NCBI GenBank assembly: GCA_026770705.1
Contig: JANJGN010000009.1
Coordinates: 163,494,001 to 163,558,000 of the forward strand
DNA length: 64,000 bases
Reading direction: 5' to 3'
Source of the DNA: Isurus oxyrinchus
Lineage: Eukaryota
Part shown: piece after piece, positions 48,795-63,185 of the stretch
How positions within the stretch are numbered: position 1 is the first letter of the stretch
Layout of the letters: each line of letters opens with the position of its first letter
The notes under the pieces: model-generated
The model's database searches: none
What the model saw: the letters and a program-made list of their open reading frames with translations, nothing else
Told to the model about the DNA's origin: nothing
Translations under genes and position numbers: made by a program

Positions 48795-51700
48795 CGAAAC
48801 CATTCGGGTGGCACATGTACTGCCCAGTGCACTTAACGTTGCATCTCAGTTGCATTGAATTTCTTCTGCCATGAGCTGTCCACATATTTACTTTAGTCCA
48901 ATTCTTCCTTTAACTTGGGAATTGTTTCCTCCATTCCCACCGCTCCTCCCAGTTTGGAATCATCAGCAAATGTAATCAATTCACCTTGAGTTTCAGAGTC
49001 CAGGACATTAATGTAAATTAGAGTGGTCCCAATACCAGGTCTTATAGCACCACACTCACCAGCCAGACCCCCCACCCCCCACACCCCTAGCATTGGTAGC
49101 TCTGTTGCTGCTGATTCACAAGTTCCAGGTTTGAGTTCCATGCCGGGGCTTGAGTGGAAAATTCAAATGTTGACACTCTGTTGTAGTACTGAGGGAGTGC
49201 TGAACTGTTGGAGGTGCTGTTTTTTGGGTGAGATGTTAAACCGAGGTCCCATCTGCCTATTTGAGTGAATGTAATAGATCCCATGGCATTATTTTGAAGA
49301 AGAATAAGGGAGTTAACCCCGGTGTCCGGACCATTATTTCTCCCTCAATCCACATCACAGAAACAAATAGCCTGATCATTATCACATTGCTGTTAGTGGG
49401 GGGTGCTGTGCACAAATCGGCTGCTGCATTTTCTACATCACAACAGTGACTACACTTCAAAAGTGCTCCAGGGGCTGTAAAGCTCTTTGAGACATCCAGT
49501 GATTATAAAAAACATGAGAAAAATCCACAGCTTTCTTTCTTTTCTTTAACACAACCGGCCTAATGGGCCAAATTTGTCTCAGCGTCCAACTCTAGTCTGC
49601 AAGTCAGATCGTCATGGGTTACCTCCGGGACTTGATCATACAATCCAGGCAGATACTTCAGTGCAGTACTGAGAGAGTGCTGCACTGTTGGGACTGCCTT
49701 CTTTTAGGTGTGATATTAAACTGAAGCCAAAACAGAAAGATGGGGGTGTTGAATGGCAAGCAACAGGAAGTTCTGGGTCATGCTTGCGTAGAGACCCCCT
49801 TTTTTTTTCCCCAATAAATTATACAGATTGTTCTTTTCCCACCCATTTCCATTATTTTTAAATATTTTAAAATCTTTTATGCTCCCCCCACCCCCACTAG
49901 AGCTGTACCTTGAGTGCCCTACCTTCCATTCTTAATTAGCACATTCGTTTAGATAATATCACCAACTTTAACTTTAACACCTATGTGTTCTTTTGTACCA
50001 TTGTCGCTGACATCTTTTGATGATCTGCTTCTATCACTGCTTGTTTGTCCACACAACCACCTCTCTCTCTCTCTATCTCTCTGCCCCCCCCCACACACAC
50101 CTTAAACCAGCTTATATTTCAATTCTTTCTTGGACTCGAAATCAAGTTCTGTCGAAGGGTCATGAGGACTTGAAACGTCAACTCTTTTCTTCTCCGCCGA
50201 TGCTGCCAGACCTGCTGAGTTTTTCCAGGTAATTCTGTTTTTGTTTTAGAGACCAAAGTGGTCCTGCAAAGCGATCACCCCACCCTCACAAGGACCATCT
50301 CTCACTTGTTCATGTTGTTCTTTCCAGAGAGCTTACCCTTGTCCTGTCATTATCACATTCTGCTTTCTGATCTTAATGTCACCATTAGCACCTCCTTTAG
50401 CCAGTATCACTATCAAGAAGACCCCTTTGTCCTTTTGTCTATGACATCTCTGGCAATCTCTCCTTTGCCTCCACCTATCACTGATCTTCTATCCACCTTC
50501 ACCTGCTCCACCTCCACTTAAACAGCATAAATTTCATTACATTTTTACTACTCTCTCGGTTCAAGAAGAGTCATTAGGATTCCCTCCACAGATGCTGTTA
50601 GACCTGCTGAGTTTTTCCAGCATTTTCTGTTTTTGTTTCAGATTTCCAGCATCTGCAGTATTTTGCATTTATCTTAGTATTAAACTGAAGACCCTCCTAT
50701 ACCTTAGGTGGATGTAAAAGATCCCATGGCACTATTCAAACAGTTCTCCCAGTGTCCTGGTCAATATTCTGCACCCAGTATCGAGTAAAGAGATTACCTG
50801 CTTATTCATCCAGTTTTGGGCCCTTGCTGTATGATGATTTGTTGCCACATCTCTCTGTTTCAAAAATACTTCATTGGCTGTGAAAGGCATTGTATAAATT
50901 GTAAGTTCAACTCTTCTTTCTTTTATAATGAGCATTAGTTTCATTTTGTCGTTCAAACAATCTTTTTATCTCAGGGATTACCCTAAATACACAGAGTTTT
51001 GGGGATGCCCGGGTTGAGGCCTCTGACCCTGTACAAGGAACAGGCTGAAGGGAACAGTACCATTCCTGTGTAAAGGGCAAGGTTGGTATCCCCCAACAAG
51101 CCAGTGAGGGGCTAATAAAATAAATGGTATTAAAATTGTAAGTCCACCTCTGTGGAGGGGTACAACTTCAAATGCAATTTGGCAAATACATTTTGAAAAT
51201 CAGAACACTTTCCAGACTAGCACTTGTGCTACACAAGTGTCAGGCAATGACCATCTCCAACAAGAGAGAATCTAACCATCGCCCCTTGATGTTCAATGGT
51301 ATTACCATCACTGGATCCCCCACTATCAGTGTGGAGGCTTACCATTGACCAGAAACTGAACTGGACTAGCCATAGAAATACTGTGGCTACAAGGGCAGGT
51401 CAAGGTCAGGGAATCCAGCGGCAAGTAACTCACCTCCTGACTCTCCAAAGCTTGTCCACCGTTTACAAGGCACAAGTCAGCAGTGTGATGGAATACTCTC
51501 CACTTACCTGGATGAGTGCAGCTCCCATAACACTGAAGAAGCTGGACACCGTCCAGGACAAAGCAGTCCGCTTGATTGGCAGCACATCCACAAACATTCA
51601 ATCCCTCCACCACCGACGCACAGTAGCAGCAGTGTGTACCATCTACAAGATGCACTGCAGGAATTCACCAAGGCTCCTTAGAAAGCACCTTCCAAACCCA

Positions 51701-54700
51701 CAGCCACTACCGTCTAGAAGGACAAGGGCAGCAGATAGATTGCAACATCACCACCTGGAAGTTCCCCTCTAAGTAACTCACCGTCCTGACTTGGAAATAT
51801 TTCACCGTTCCTTAACTGTCACTGGGTCAAAGTCCTGGAAGTCCCTTCCTAACAGCCCTGTGGGTGTAACCACGCCACATGGACAGCAGCAGTTCAAGAA
51901 GGCAGCTCAGCACCACCTTCTCAAGGGCAATTATTGATGGGCAATAAATGGTGGCCCAGCCAGTGAAGTCCACGTCCCATGAATGAATTTTTAAAAAAAT
52001 CCAGTGGGGAGATGTTATTCCTCAAAGAGATCATGAAGGTTTTCGGCAATATTTTCCCATATCAAACCTATGTTAGTATTTATTTCTCAACTTTACTCCT
52101 TTCAATACTTTCTATTACTTGTCATGAATGGAAGTGAAACTAAAGCTCGTGGGGCACCAATGAAGCAGCTTCTGAAAACATCCCAGGCCTTGTCTGCAGG
52201 AGTCACACAGGGGAACTGCTGTAAACCCAATACCAATAAAGAAATGACAGAAATATTGGATATCTCTGTCTCAGTTTTTACCAAGTTTTTCACTTGAGGG
52301 TGAAGTTAAAAATCATATTAAAGCAGTTGTGATAGAAGGGGAGAAAATAATTGACAAAGTAGCAAAACAGAAGGCAGGATAACCCCAGTAGCAGACAGGA
52401 CGCCCACTAGGTTGCCAACCCTCCAGAATTAGCCTGGAGTCTCTAGGAATTGAAGATTAATCTCCAGAACATTGCTGTACTCAACCCTAGAGAAAAATCA
52501 TTGGGGCTTTAGAAAAGATTGTTTTTTTTTTCATTTTCTTTGAACATTTCTCTTTATCAAATATGAAAGTATTGAAAATGGAGGGAAACCATTGTTTGGC
52601 TAACAGTCAAGCATGATCCAATTGGGTACTGAGTCATTTTGCTTTCCTTTTGCCATAGGAAGGCAGTGCATTGTAAAGATAGATGTGCTGGCCAACTAAT
52701 GGCCTGACCATGAGGGTGCGATGAAACCTCCCAGAATGCATTTAATCACTAGCAACCCTAGCACCCACTGAGAGCCAAGCCCAGCAGGCGTCTGGAAATG
52801 ACCTGGGGCATCCGTGTGACCTCCTGTTTTAACTCGCAACTGGAGGTGCAGTCGGCAACACCTGGGGTCACTAGCTTTTATAACAGTGGATAACTCTCCA
52901 GAGGGCGCCTCAAAATGGGGGCACCCTTACGTTCCCCTCTCTGCAGCAGCAGTGCCCACCTCTGCCAGTGGAATTGCACCCCTGCCAAGGCTGCAGGCCC
53001 TCTAGCCTGCCCGCCTTCCTCAATCGGATGATAGGCCCGGGTGTGGATTCTTAATTGGCTGCCTCCAGGAAGGTCTCTCAGGCAGACACATGGGTCGAGA
53101 GCCAAATATGGTCCCACGTTTTGATTATTTTTAAAGGGCACAAGATTCTGCCCAAGGTGTGCAGCCCTCTGAGGGCAATTACTTCTGATGTAAAATACTG
53201 CCACTCACATCTTGTAAAGGAAATTCTTCATTTATTCTCTTACCTATGAGCAGGAAACATGAATTTTAGTCAGGGTTTGTTGTCCTGAATTTTGCAGTTA
53301 CTTTGGAGTTCTGAGATTGGTACATCTAGAAAAACTTGAAGTGAACTCATTAGCTTCATGATAAGCTCACCGTATGGACTGGTTCTCTGACTGCTCAGAG
53401 GCCTGATTTGATGGTTCTTCAAGGGTTTACCAATGTCTGACTAAAGTATATATTATTGATCCAGCTCTACCCCCCACCCCCTTAAACCAGCTTATATTTC
53501 ACCTCTTTTCTATTTTTACTTAATTCTGTTGAAGATACATACGGACTCAAAACGTTAACTGTGTTCCTCTCTGCAGATGCTGCCAGACCTGCTGAGTTTT
53601 TCCAGGTATTTTTATTTTTGTTTTGGATTTCCAGCATCCGCAGTTTTTTGATTTTATATATTATTCCATCCAAAGTAAAAGAAGCTATTTAATAAGAATT
53701 TCTGTTCGGTGCTCTTGCATTGATATCAATGTGGTTTACATTTGTAGAAGGAAAACAGAAATTACAAAATAACTTTGTAGAACAGAAAATTTAAATTTTC
53801 TGTCTAATTTCTTGCTTCTTGGAGATTTTCTTTACATCTGTTGAAATACCTACAGTCATTTCTGTTAAACAGCTGTGAAAATCACCTTAATGTGAACATT
53901 AGATTTAGATCTTTCATTCTCTATTTTTGTTTCAGTGAGAATAAGTGAAAATCTTTGTTCCTCATTAATACTGGGAATACATATTATTCAACATTTTTAT
54001 TCAATCATGGGATGTGGGCATCACTGGCTGGGCCAGCATTTATTGTCCATCCGTAATTGCCCTTGAGAAGGTGGTGGTGAGCTGTCTTCTTGAACCACGG
54101 CAGTAGTGTGGGTACACCCACAGGAGAGAGGTTCCAGGATTTTGACCCAGCGACAGTGAAGGAATAGCGATATATTCCAAGTCAGGATGGTGAGTGGCTT
54201 GGAGGGAAGCTTCCAGGTGTTGCTGTTCCTATGTATCTGCTGCCCTTGTCATTCAATATGGTGATGGTCGAGGGTTTGGAAGGTGCTGTCTAAGGAACCT
54301 TGGGGAGTTCCTGCAGTGCATCTTGTAGATGGTACTCTGCATTGCCGATGGAGGAAATGGATGTTTTTGGATGAGGTGCTAATCAAGCGGAGCTGCTTTG
54401 TCCTGGATGGTATTGAACTTCTTGAGTGTTGTTGGAGCTGCCCTCATCCAGGTAAGTGGAGTGTATTCCATCACACTCCTGACTTGTGCCTTGTAGATGG
54501 TGGACAGGCTTTGGGGGAGTCAGGTGAGTCACGCGCTGCAGGATTCCCTGTCTTTGATCTGCTCTTATAGCCACAGTACTTATATGGTAAGTCCAGATCA
54601 GTTTCTAGTAACCCCCCAGACTGGTAGTGGGGGATTCAGCGATGGTAATGCAATTAAATGTCAAGGGCTGTTATTAGGGATGGGCAATAAATGATGGCCT

Positions 54701-57700
54701 AAACAGTGACACCCACATCCCATGAATGAATTAAAGAGAAATAATGTCCAGTATGACTTTGACTGAAGTGGAATATTTCCTGATGTTGTAGCTGAAGCAG
54801 CTTTAGTTATTAAGATAAACTAAAAGGGCAGGATTTTCCTGTGGGTTTCAGCATCCCAATGTCGGGATCAAATGGAGCTCCCAAGCTGGCACTCATCCCG
54901 AGTGAGATGGAGGTGCAATCTTCCCAGAGGCAGCCTGCTGATTTGCTGCCTCTGTGTTTGCTGTTCTATTAAGGGTGGTCGGTGTCTCCTGGTGCTCCAG
55001 GCTCAGTCAAAGGGCTGCCAGTTCTAGAGCCTCAGTAACTCTACTGGGAGAGGGAGGTGCTACTGAGGCATTTCTGGCCCGTGAGGGTATCTCAATGTGG
55101 AGGCACCCTCGCAGGTGAAAATTTAAAGGATGATTTCAGAGGGACTAAGCTGGTGGGCTCCTTGGAGAGGAGGGGAGACCCTTCTGGTGGAAGTGTCTGG
55201 GCCGCAGGTGCAGTCTTTCCTTGGGCCTCCAGCTCGGATGAATCCCCATCTTGCCAGCCGGGAGGCTGCCTCATCGAGTTGGGGTCACCTGCGCATGGTG
55301 AGGGTCCGCTCCGTTACCGACAAAATGCTGGTAGTGCCACAAAATCACCCATAATTGGGGCCTTAACTATGTAATTGCCTCCCTGCCTCGGCTCTGTGGG
55401 CAGCTGTCCCTTGTCTCAGTCTGTCCCTGGGGAAACTTCCTGGCAGCAGGAATGCATCGCGTGTTGCCCTGATGTGCCATTCCCTATTTTCCTGGCTCCT
55501 CGGCCTCCAAGACTATCATAACAAGGCTGGAAAATTCAGTCCAAAGGGTTGGGCCAACTTAGTTCAGGGAAGTGTAGAGTAAGAGGTAATGTGATAGAGC
55601 TGTATAGAATAATGAAAGGCTGGATTCTGTGCTTATTGATAGAATTATTTCTGTTTGATCGATTGGAGCATCAAACATGTGTTTAAATTATTCTGCAGTA
55701 AGGACAGGCAAGATGTTGGACGATAATTCTTTTCCTAGAGAGTAGTGTGTCTATGGTGTGGTGGATGCTGACTCTCTGAATGCTATTAAGAAGGAGCTGG
55801 ATTCTTAGCTGGGGTAGATTTTGCATCACAAAGAAACTAAGTAGGGTTAACAGTTAACACACACAGTCAGTTTGAATACTGAGGTTCTGCAAAGGGGTTT
55901 CAACGAGCTGAATTCTAGGTTAAGGAGTAAAAAATCCAACACGATCGGAATTCGGAATTTCTCCCATTTTCACAAACTGGACCAGTCAGGAATGGAAAGA
56001 TTAGAATTGTCAATGTCTGTCTGGAAAGATGATGTAGCAAGCAGGGTTTCAAATTCTTGGGACAGAAGAACCACTTTCAAAGCTAGGGATGGCTGTGAAA
56101 TGTAATGGCTTTCATGTAAACCAGAGAAACGCCCACATCCTTGTGAAAAGTGTGAAAGGGCAATGGGGTAAGATTTAAGCTGGTTAGGGTGATGTGTGAA
56201 AAGGAAAATTCACAATATTAGTCAAAAACATGAGAGAAAAAGAACAGCAGTCTAAATGAGCAGATGTGAAAGATAACTCAGATAAAGTGTCAATTGTGGT
56301 TTATATATTGTATTCACACTTCTGAGTCTAAAATTCAAACCACATATAATCTAGTGAATCACACATTCTTCAGTGAAGTACTGAGGGAGTGCTAAACGAT
56401 CAGGGGTACAGTCATTCAGATGAGAAGTTGAACCGAGGCCCTGTCTGCCCTCTCAGGTGGATGTAGAGGATCCCATGACACTATTTGAAGAAGAGGAGGG
56501 GAATTCTCTTGGTATCCTGGCCAATATTGCCACCATTATCACTAATAACAAATAATCTGCTCATCAACAAATTGTTGAGAGTGTGTGTGCAAATTGGCTG
56601 CTGCATTTGTACATTGCAATAGAGACTATGTTGCAAAAGTAAATCATCAATTGTTTTGTGCTTTTGGACATCCTTAGGTCATGAAAGGTGCCAAATAAAT
56701 GCAAGTTCTTTTTCATTCATATTTAATCTTGTAGTTGGTACATGCTGCTACCACCGTGCAAGGTAGTGGTGGGTGGTGGGGTGGGGGAGAATATTTAAGG
56801 TGGTGGATGGGGTGCCTATCAAGGGGATTGCTTTGTCTTGGATGGTGTTGAGCTTCTTGAGTGTGAGCTGCACTCATTCAGGCAAGCGGAGGGTATTCCA
56901 CCACACTCCTGACTTGTGCCTTGCAGATGACGGACACATTTTGAGGAGAAAGGAGGTGAGTTACTCACCGTCGAAATCCCAGCCTTTGATCAGCTCATGT
57001 AGCCACAGTTTTTATATGGCTGGTCCAGTCAAGCTTCTGGTCAATATTAACCTTCAGATATTGATGGTTGGGGATTCAATGGTGGAATTGATGTTGTTTA
57101 TCAGGAGGAAATTGCTTGATTCTCTTGTTGGGGATGGACATTGCCTGGTACTTATGTAGTCGGAATGTTATTTTCCACTATCAGCCAAACCTAAATATTG
57201 TCCAGGTCTTGCTGCATGTAGGCAAAGACTGCTTCAGCATCTGTGGAGTCGCGATTGGTACTGAAAATTGTACAATAGTCAGTGAACATCCCCACTTCTG
57301 ACCTTATGCTGGAGTGAAAGTCATTGATGAAGCAGCTGAAGATGGTTGGGCCTAGGACTTTACCCTGAGGATCTCCTGCAGTGATATCCTGGAACTGAGA
57401 TGATTGGCCTCCAACAACCACAACCATCTTCCTTTGTGCTGGGTATGAATCCAGCCCGCAGAGAGTTTTCCCCCTGATTCCCATTGACTCCAGTTTTACT
57501 CGGGGTCCTTGATGCCACACCCGGTCGAAAGCTGCCAGCAACAACTTGATTTTATGTAGCATCTTTAACGTGGTTAAGAGGGTCCATGGCACATCACAGG
57601 AGCATTGTCGAATAACATTTGACACTGGGACACATAAGGAGATATCAGGACACATGACCAAAGGCTTCGCCAATGAGGTAGGTTTTAAGGAGCATTTTAA

Positions 57701-60700
57701 AGGAGGAGAGAGAGGTAGACGGGCAGAGAAGTTCAGGGAGGGAATTCAAGAGCTTAGGGTCTCTGCAGTTAAAAGTTCAGCAACCAATTCTGCAGTGATT
57801 ACAATTGGAGATGTGCAAGAGGACAGACTTAAAGGAGCTGGAGGGCTGGAGGAGAATGCAGAGATAGGGGGAGATGGAGTCATGTAGGATTTTAAAGCAA
57901 AGATGAGAATGTTAAAATTGATGTGTTGTTTAAATGGGAGCCAATATAAATCAGCGAGCACAGGGGTAAATGGGACTTTGTGCACATTACGAAAAGGTCA
58001 GCCGCGATTCGGATGACCTCAAGTTTACGGAGATTGAACATGGGAGGGTGAGCAGGAGGGCATTAGAATAGTCGTGTAGAGATTGAAAAAGGCATAGATG
58101 AGGGTTTTAGCAGCAGATGAGCTGAGACAGGGGCAGAGTGGGGTGATGTTACGGAGGTGGAAAAAGGTGATCTTAGTGATAGCATGGGTATATAGTCAGA
58201 AGCTCATCTTGGGTTGAAGTATGACACTAAGTTTGTGAACTGCCTGGTTTAGCCTGAGACAGATGCTAGGGAGTGAGATGGAGTCAGTGTCTAGGGAATG
58301 GAATATGTGGCAGGGACAAACAGCAATAGCTTTGGCTGTCTCGATATTTAGCTGGAGGAAATTTCTGTTCAGGTCGTACTGGGACATGCAGCCTGACAGT
58401 TTAGAGACAGTGGAGGGATTGAGAGAGCTGGTGGTGAGGTAGAGATATGGGTCAGGTGGAACAATACCACTGGCATTTCTCATACAAGATTTGGAAAATA
58501 ACTAATAGGAGATAAAATATGCATGTCTGTTTGCACTCCTTGTTAATAGATAGCCATTTAAAAAAATCCTGGGTTATATTCAGCCTCACATCTGTCTCAC
58601 TCCTATTAAGCCCCTGATCATAAGCATGCTGATTATTGCACTGCCACTGCAAGCTTTTAAGCATAAATGAAGTGGTTGAAGGACTTCCTGGCACCGAGGA
58701 GCAGAGAACAGTACATGAGCTTTGACTTCTACAGAGATACACCAGTGAAACGGTATCAAAACTCCAAGGACCTAACTCTCCCTTTCCAGTATAAATTGCA
58801 TAGCACAGAGCACGCCTCTGAGACATGTTTAAATATAAACAGACAGCCATACATTGTGGTGTCGTCATGTGCTCATTAGTCATTCAATACAACCAGAGGA
58901 ACAGAAAAAAATCTTACAACTGCGATTTTGAAACAGGTTTTCTCTTGACTCAACCCTTTCAGCTTCTATTTTTAAACCTCTTACCACTTCTGAATGGGAA
59001 GTTGGTGGTTCAACCACGTGGTCCAATTTACTACATCACCGTAATGCTGAACTATTCACGTTCCTTTCCCCAAAGCCACCTGTAATCCTTTTATAGGCAT
59101 TAAAGTCAGCGCAGTAATTTAATAACAGATATTTTAAAAGACAGTTGTTCATCAAATATCTCTTTTTTTTTAGCAACATAATGCAAAACTAATCATCGGG
59201 CTGGTATTACATTTTAAACAAAACAAATAGCTTTCACCACCCCAGGAGGTCCCAAAGTGCTTTACAGCCAGTGAAGTAATGGAGGAAACTTAGCAGCCAA
59301 TTTGCACATAGCAAGCTCCCATCAAAAGCTATGAAATAAATGACCAGATCGTCTGCATTTTTAGATATTGGTTTCGGGAGAACTCCTTTGAAAAGTGTGG
59401 TGGGATTTCTTTTCCTCTCCACCTTAGAAGGCAGGCAGCAGGGCTTCATCTCATCAAAAGATGGCACCTATGGACAGTGCAGCATGCCCTCAATACTGCC
59501 AGCCTGGACTGCGCACTCAAGTTACTGGATTGTGACTTGAATTCACAAACGTTTTGACTCAGAGGTGAGAGTGTTACATACTGAGCCAAGACTGAGATGC
59601 GGAGAAACTTCTTTAGCCAGAGAGTGGTGAATCTATGGAATTCATTGCCACAGAAGGCTGTGGAGGCCAGGTCATTGAGCGTATTTAAGATGGAGGTAGA
59701 TAGGTTCTTGATTGGTAAGGGGATCAAAGGTTACAGGGAGAAGGCGGGAGAATGGGGCTGAGAAACTTATCAGCCATGATTGAATGGCGGAGTAGGCTCG
59801 ATGGGTCGAATGGCCTAATTTCTGCTCCTTTGTCTTATTGTCTTCCGGACCGACATATTGACGAAATCATTCTCAATAACTGTCCTGTACATGTCATTCC
59901 TATGACCTGTCAACGGCCTATTAAGGTCATTAAAAAACTGATTGAGGTTATTAATGAAACTGCCCGTCCATGAAACCTCGGGCGGGATGATGTTTCATGA
60001 GGGATTTAAAAATCTAAGAATATTTCAAAATAAAAGTTATGGACATGTCCCAACTCTTGTGTTGGTGTCACATGGGGGGACATTGTAGTGAAATTTATTT
60101 CTCAGCTTTATTTAAAGTTTAACATCTGAGACGATCTCCCTGAGGCAGCACTTTTCCTCAGGGAGATCTGTGCACTCCTTCGCGCACTCCTGGCTGAGGG
60201 AATTCCCCCCTTCACCAAAACCCCGCCCCCCACCACCCACCCACCCCCCCGTCCCTCACATAGGGAGCGCATTGCACTTCCTGGCGGACATCACGCTTGG
60301 CAGGCCTTAATTGGCCCATCCACGTAAAATGGCAGTGAGCCCCGACCAGGGGTGCCAATCAGGAACCTGCCCACTGTGCCCACTCCCACACATCCACCTG
60401 GCGGGAGGAAAATGTTGCCCCTAGGAATTTTTAGGTTGCATCAAACAGAAAGCATGTAAATATTCAACCCGAAAAAAACTTATTTTATTCATTCTTGGGT
60501 TGTGGGGGCCATTGGCAAGACCCTGTTGTCCATCCCTTACTGTCCTTGAGAAGATGGTGGTGAGTTGCCTTCTTGAGCCGCTGCTGTCCTTGTTAGGGTG
60601 TTAGGTGTTGGGGAGAGAGGTCGGATTACTGACCCAGTGAAAATGAAGGAACAGCATTATGGTTTCTGGTCAGGATACTGAGTAACTTGGAGAGAAACTT

Positions 60701-60994
60701 GCACATGGTGGTGTTCCCACACATCTGTTATCTTTATTCTACTAGATGGTAGAATTCAAGTGTTTGGAAGGTGCTGTCGAAGGAGCCTTGGTGAATTGCT
60801 ATTACCTCAGACTACTTTTAAAGCATTTAAATTAGACAAAGGCTAGCTCCATTTACAATGTAATAAACTCGCATTCAGCTAATACTCAGGCCTATAACAA
60901 AAACCTATTTTCAGTTTTAATGATTTGGACACTCTCTAAGTTCTCACTTTATTTGTTTGAAGATACAACTATCAAGTGGCACTCACTTAGCAAT

Positions 60995-61729
60995 AACCAG
61001 GTGATTGACGCTTAGTTTGGGTTCCGCCAGGATCATTCAGCTCTGACCTCAAATATGGACAAAAGAGCTGAACTCCAGAGGTAAAGCGAGTGTGACTGCC
61101 CTTGCCATCAAGGCAGCATTTGACCAATCATGGCATCATGAAGCCCCAGCAAAACTGAAGTCATTGGGGATCAGGGGGAAAACTCTCCAATGGTTGGAGT
61201 CATACCGAGCACAAAGGAAGATGTTTGTGGTTGTTGGAGGTCAATCATCTCAGTTCCAGAGCATCACTGCTGGAGTTTCTCAGGATAGTGTCCTAGGCCC
61301 AACCACCTTTAGCTGCTTCACAATGACCTACCTTCTGCAATAAGGTCAGATGTGGGGATGTTCGCTGATGATTGCACATTCAGCACCATTCACGACATCT
61401 CAGGTACTGAAGCAGTCCATGTCCAAATGCAGTAGGACCTGGACAATATCCAGGCTTGGGCTGACAAGTGAAAAGTAACATTCGCACCACACAAGTGCCA
61501 GGCAATGGCCATCCCCAACAAGAGAGAACCTTACCATTGCCCCTTGACATTTAATAGCATTACCATCGCTGAATCCCCCACTATCAGTCTGGGGGGGTTA
61601 CTAGAAACTGAACTGGACTAGCCATATAAATACTGTGGCTGTAAGAGCAGGTCAAAGACAGGGAATCCTGCAGCAAGTAACTCACCTGACTCCCCCAAAG
61701 CCTGTCCACCATCTACAAGGCACAAGTCA
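60995..61729 (+). mobile_element. ATGA-family LINE RT fragment present only in copy B
   Basis: TALAIKAAFDQSWH...AGVSQDSVLGPTTFSCF, MFADDCT; ends abruptly at the minisatellite. Confidence 0.85.
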
Positions 61730-62199
61730 AGGAGGCTGAGGTGGAGGTGGTGACTGAGAAGGTTGAGGTGGAGGCAGTGGCTGAGGAGGTTGAGGTGGAG
61801 GCAGTGACTGAGGAGGTTGAGGTGGGGGAAGTGACTGAGGAGGCTGAGGTGGAGGCGGTGACTGAGGAGGCTGAGGTGGAGGCAGTGGCTGAGGAGGTTG
61901 AGGTGGAGGCAGTGACTGAGGAGGTTGAGGTGGAGGTGGTGACTGAGGAGGCTGAGGTGGAGGTGGTGACTGAGGAGGCTGAGGAGGAGGTGGTGACTGA
62001 GGAGGCTGAGGTGGAGGCCGTGGCTGAGCAGCTTCAGGTGGAGGCCGTGGCTGAGGAGGTTGAGGTGGGGGCAGTGACTGAGGAGGCTGAGGTGGAGGCA
62101 GTGACTGAGGAGGCTGAGGAGGAGGTGGTGACTGAGGAGGCTGAGGTGGAAGCAGTGACTGAGGAGACTGAGGTGGAGGTGGTGACTGAGGAGGCTGAG
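61730..62199. repeat. 27-bp minisatellite, ~17 units (copy B only)
   Basis: Same consensus unit as 21174..21416. Confidence 0.92.
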
Positions 62200-62834
62200 T
62201 TGGAGAGTAAGAGAGAATGGGAGAGGTGATGAGAGAGAGTGGGAGAGAGAGAGACAAAGAGAGACCAAGATGGAAAGGTGGGAGAGTGATAGAGGGCAGG
62301 AAACTGGAGACAGAGAGAGAGACAGTGGGAAAGGGGGAGAAAGAGAGTGGGAACACGGTGGGCAGAGAGAGAGAGAAAGTGGGAAAGGGTCAGGGTGGGA
62401 AGGCCAGGCAGGGGGATCAGGTCAGGGACACAGGCCCATGCAAGCACATTCCTGGCAGGCCTGAGGGGGAGGGGATGTATCCAGGCTGGTTTGAGGATTG
62501 GGTGGTCCTGACTCCCTCCAGGGGAAGGGGCTGTAGAAGAGAATTGAAAGTGAGAGGGGGGTGAGCCGCAGACTGCTCCGTTGGTCTCACCAGCACTTTC
62601 ACCCCACTCCTCCAGTGAGGGGACTCACACGTTTTCTGGCAGAGGCAGCAACAGCCTCAGAGAAGGCGGCAACTGAGGAGGACACGGCAATGGCTGAAGT
62701 GGAGGCACAGAAATGGGGGTGGAGGCTGCAGGTCTGGCAATACGGCAGAGGAGGAGTTGGCAAGGGCAGCGGAAGCAGAGGTGGTGGTGGAGTTGGCAAT
62801 AGCAGTGGAGTTGACTGAGGAAGAGGCAAGAGTG

Positions 62835-63185
62835 GAGGAGGTTGAGGTGGAGGTGATGACTGAGGAGGCTGAGGTGGAGTCATTGGCTGAGGAGGCTGAG
62901 GTGGAGTCAGTGACTGAGGAGGTTGAGGTGGAGGCAGTGACTGAGAAGGTTGAGATGGAGTCATTGGCTGAGGAGGCTGAGGTGGAGGTGGTGACTGAGG
63001 AGGTTGAGGTGGAGGCAGTGACTGAGGACGTTGAGGTGGAGGCAGTAACTGAGGAGGTTGAGGTGGAGGCAGTGACTGAGTAGGTTGAGGTGGAGGCAGT
63101 GACTGAGGAGGCTGAGGTGGAGGCAGTGACTGAGGAGGCTGAGGTGGAGGCAGTGACTGAGGAGGCTGAGGTGGAGGTGGTTGCC
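62835..63185. repeat. 27-bp minisatellite, 13 units
   Basis: Paralog of 21174..21416 with 4 extra units (the offset changes by exactly 108 bp). Confidence 0.92.
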
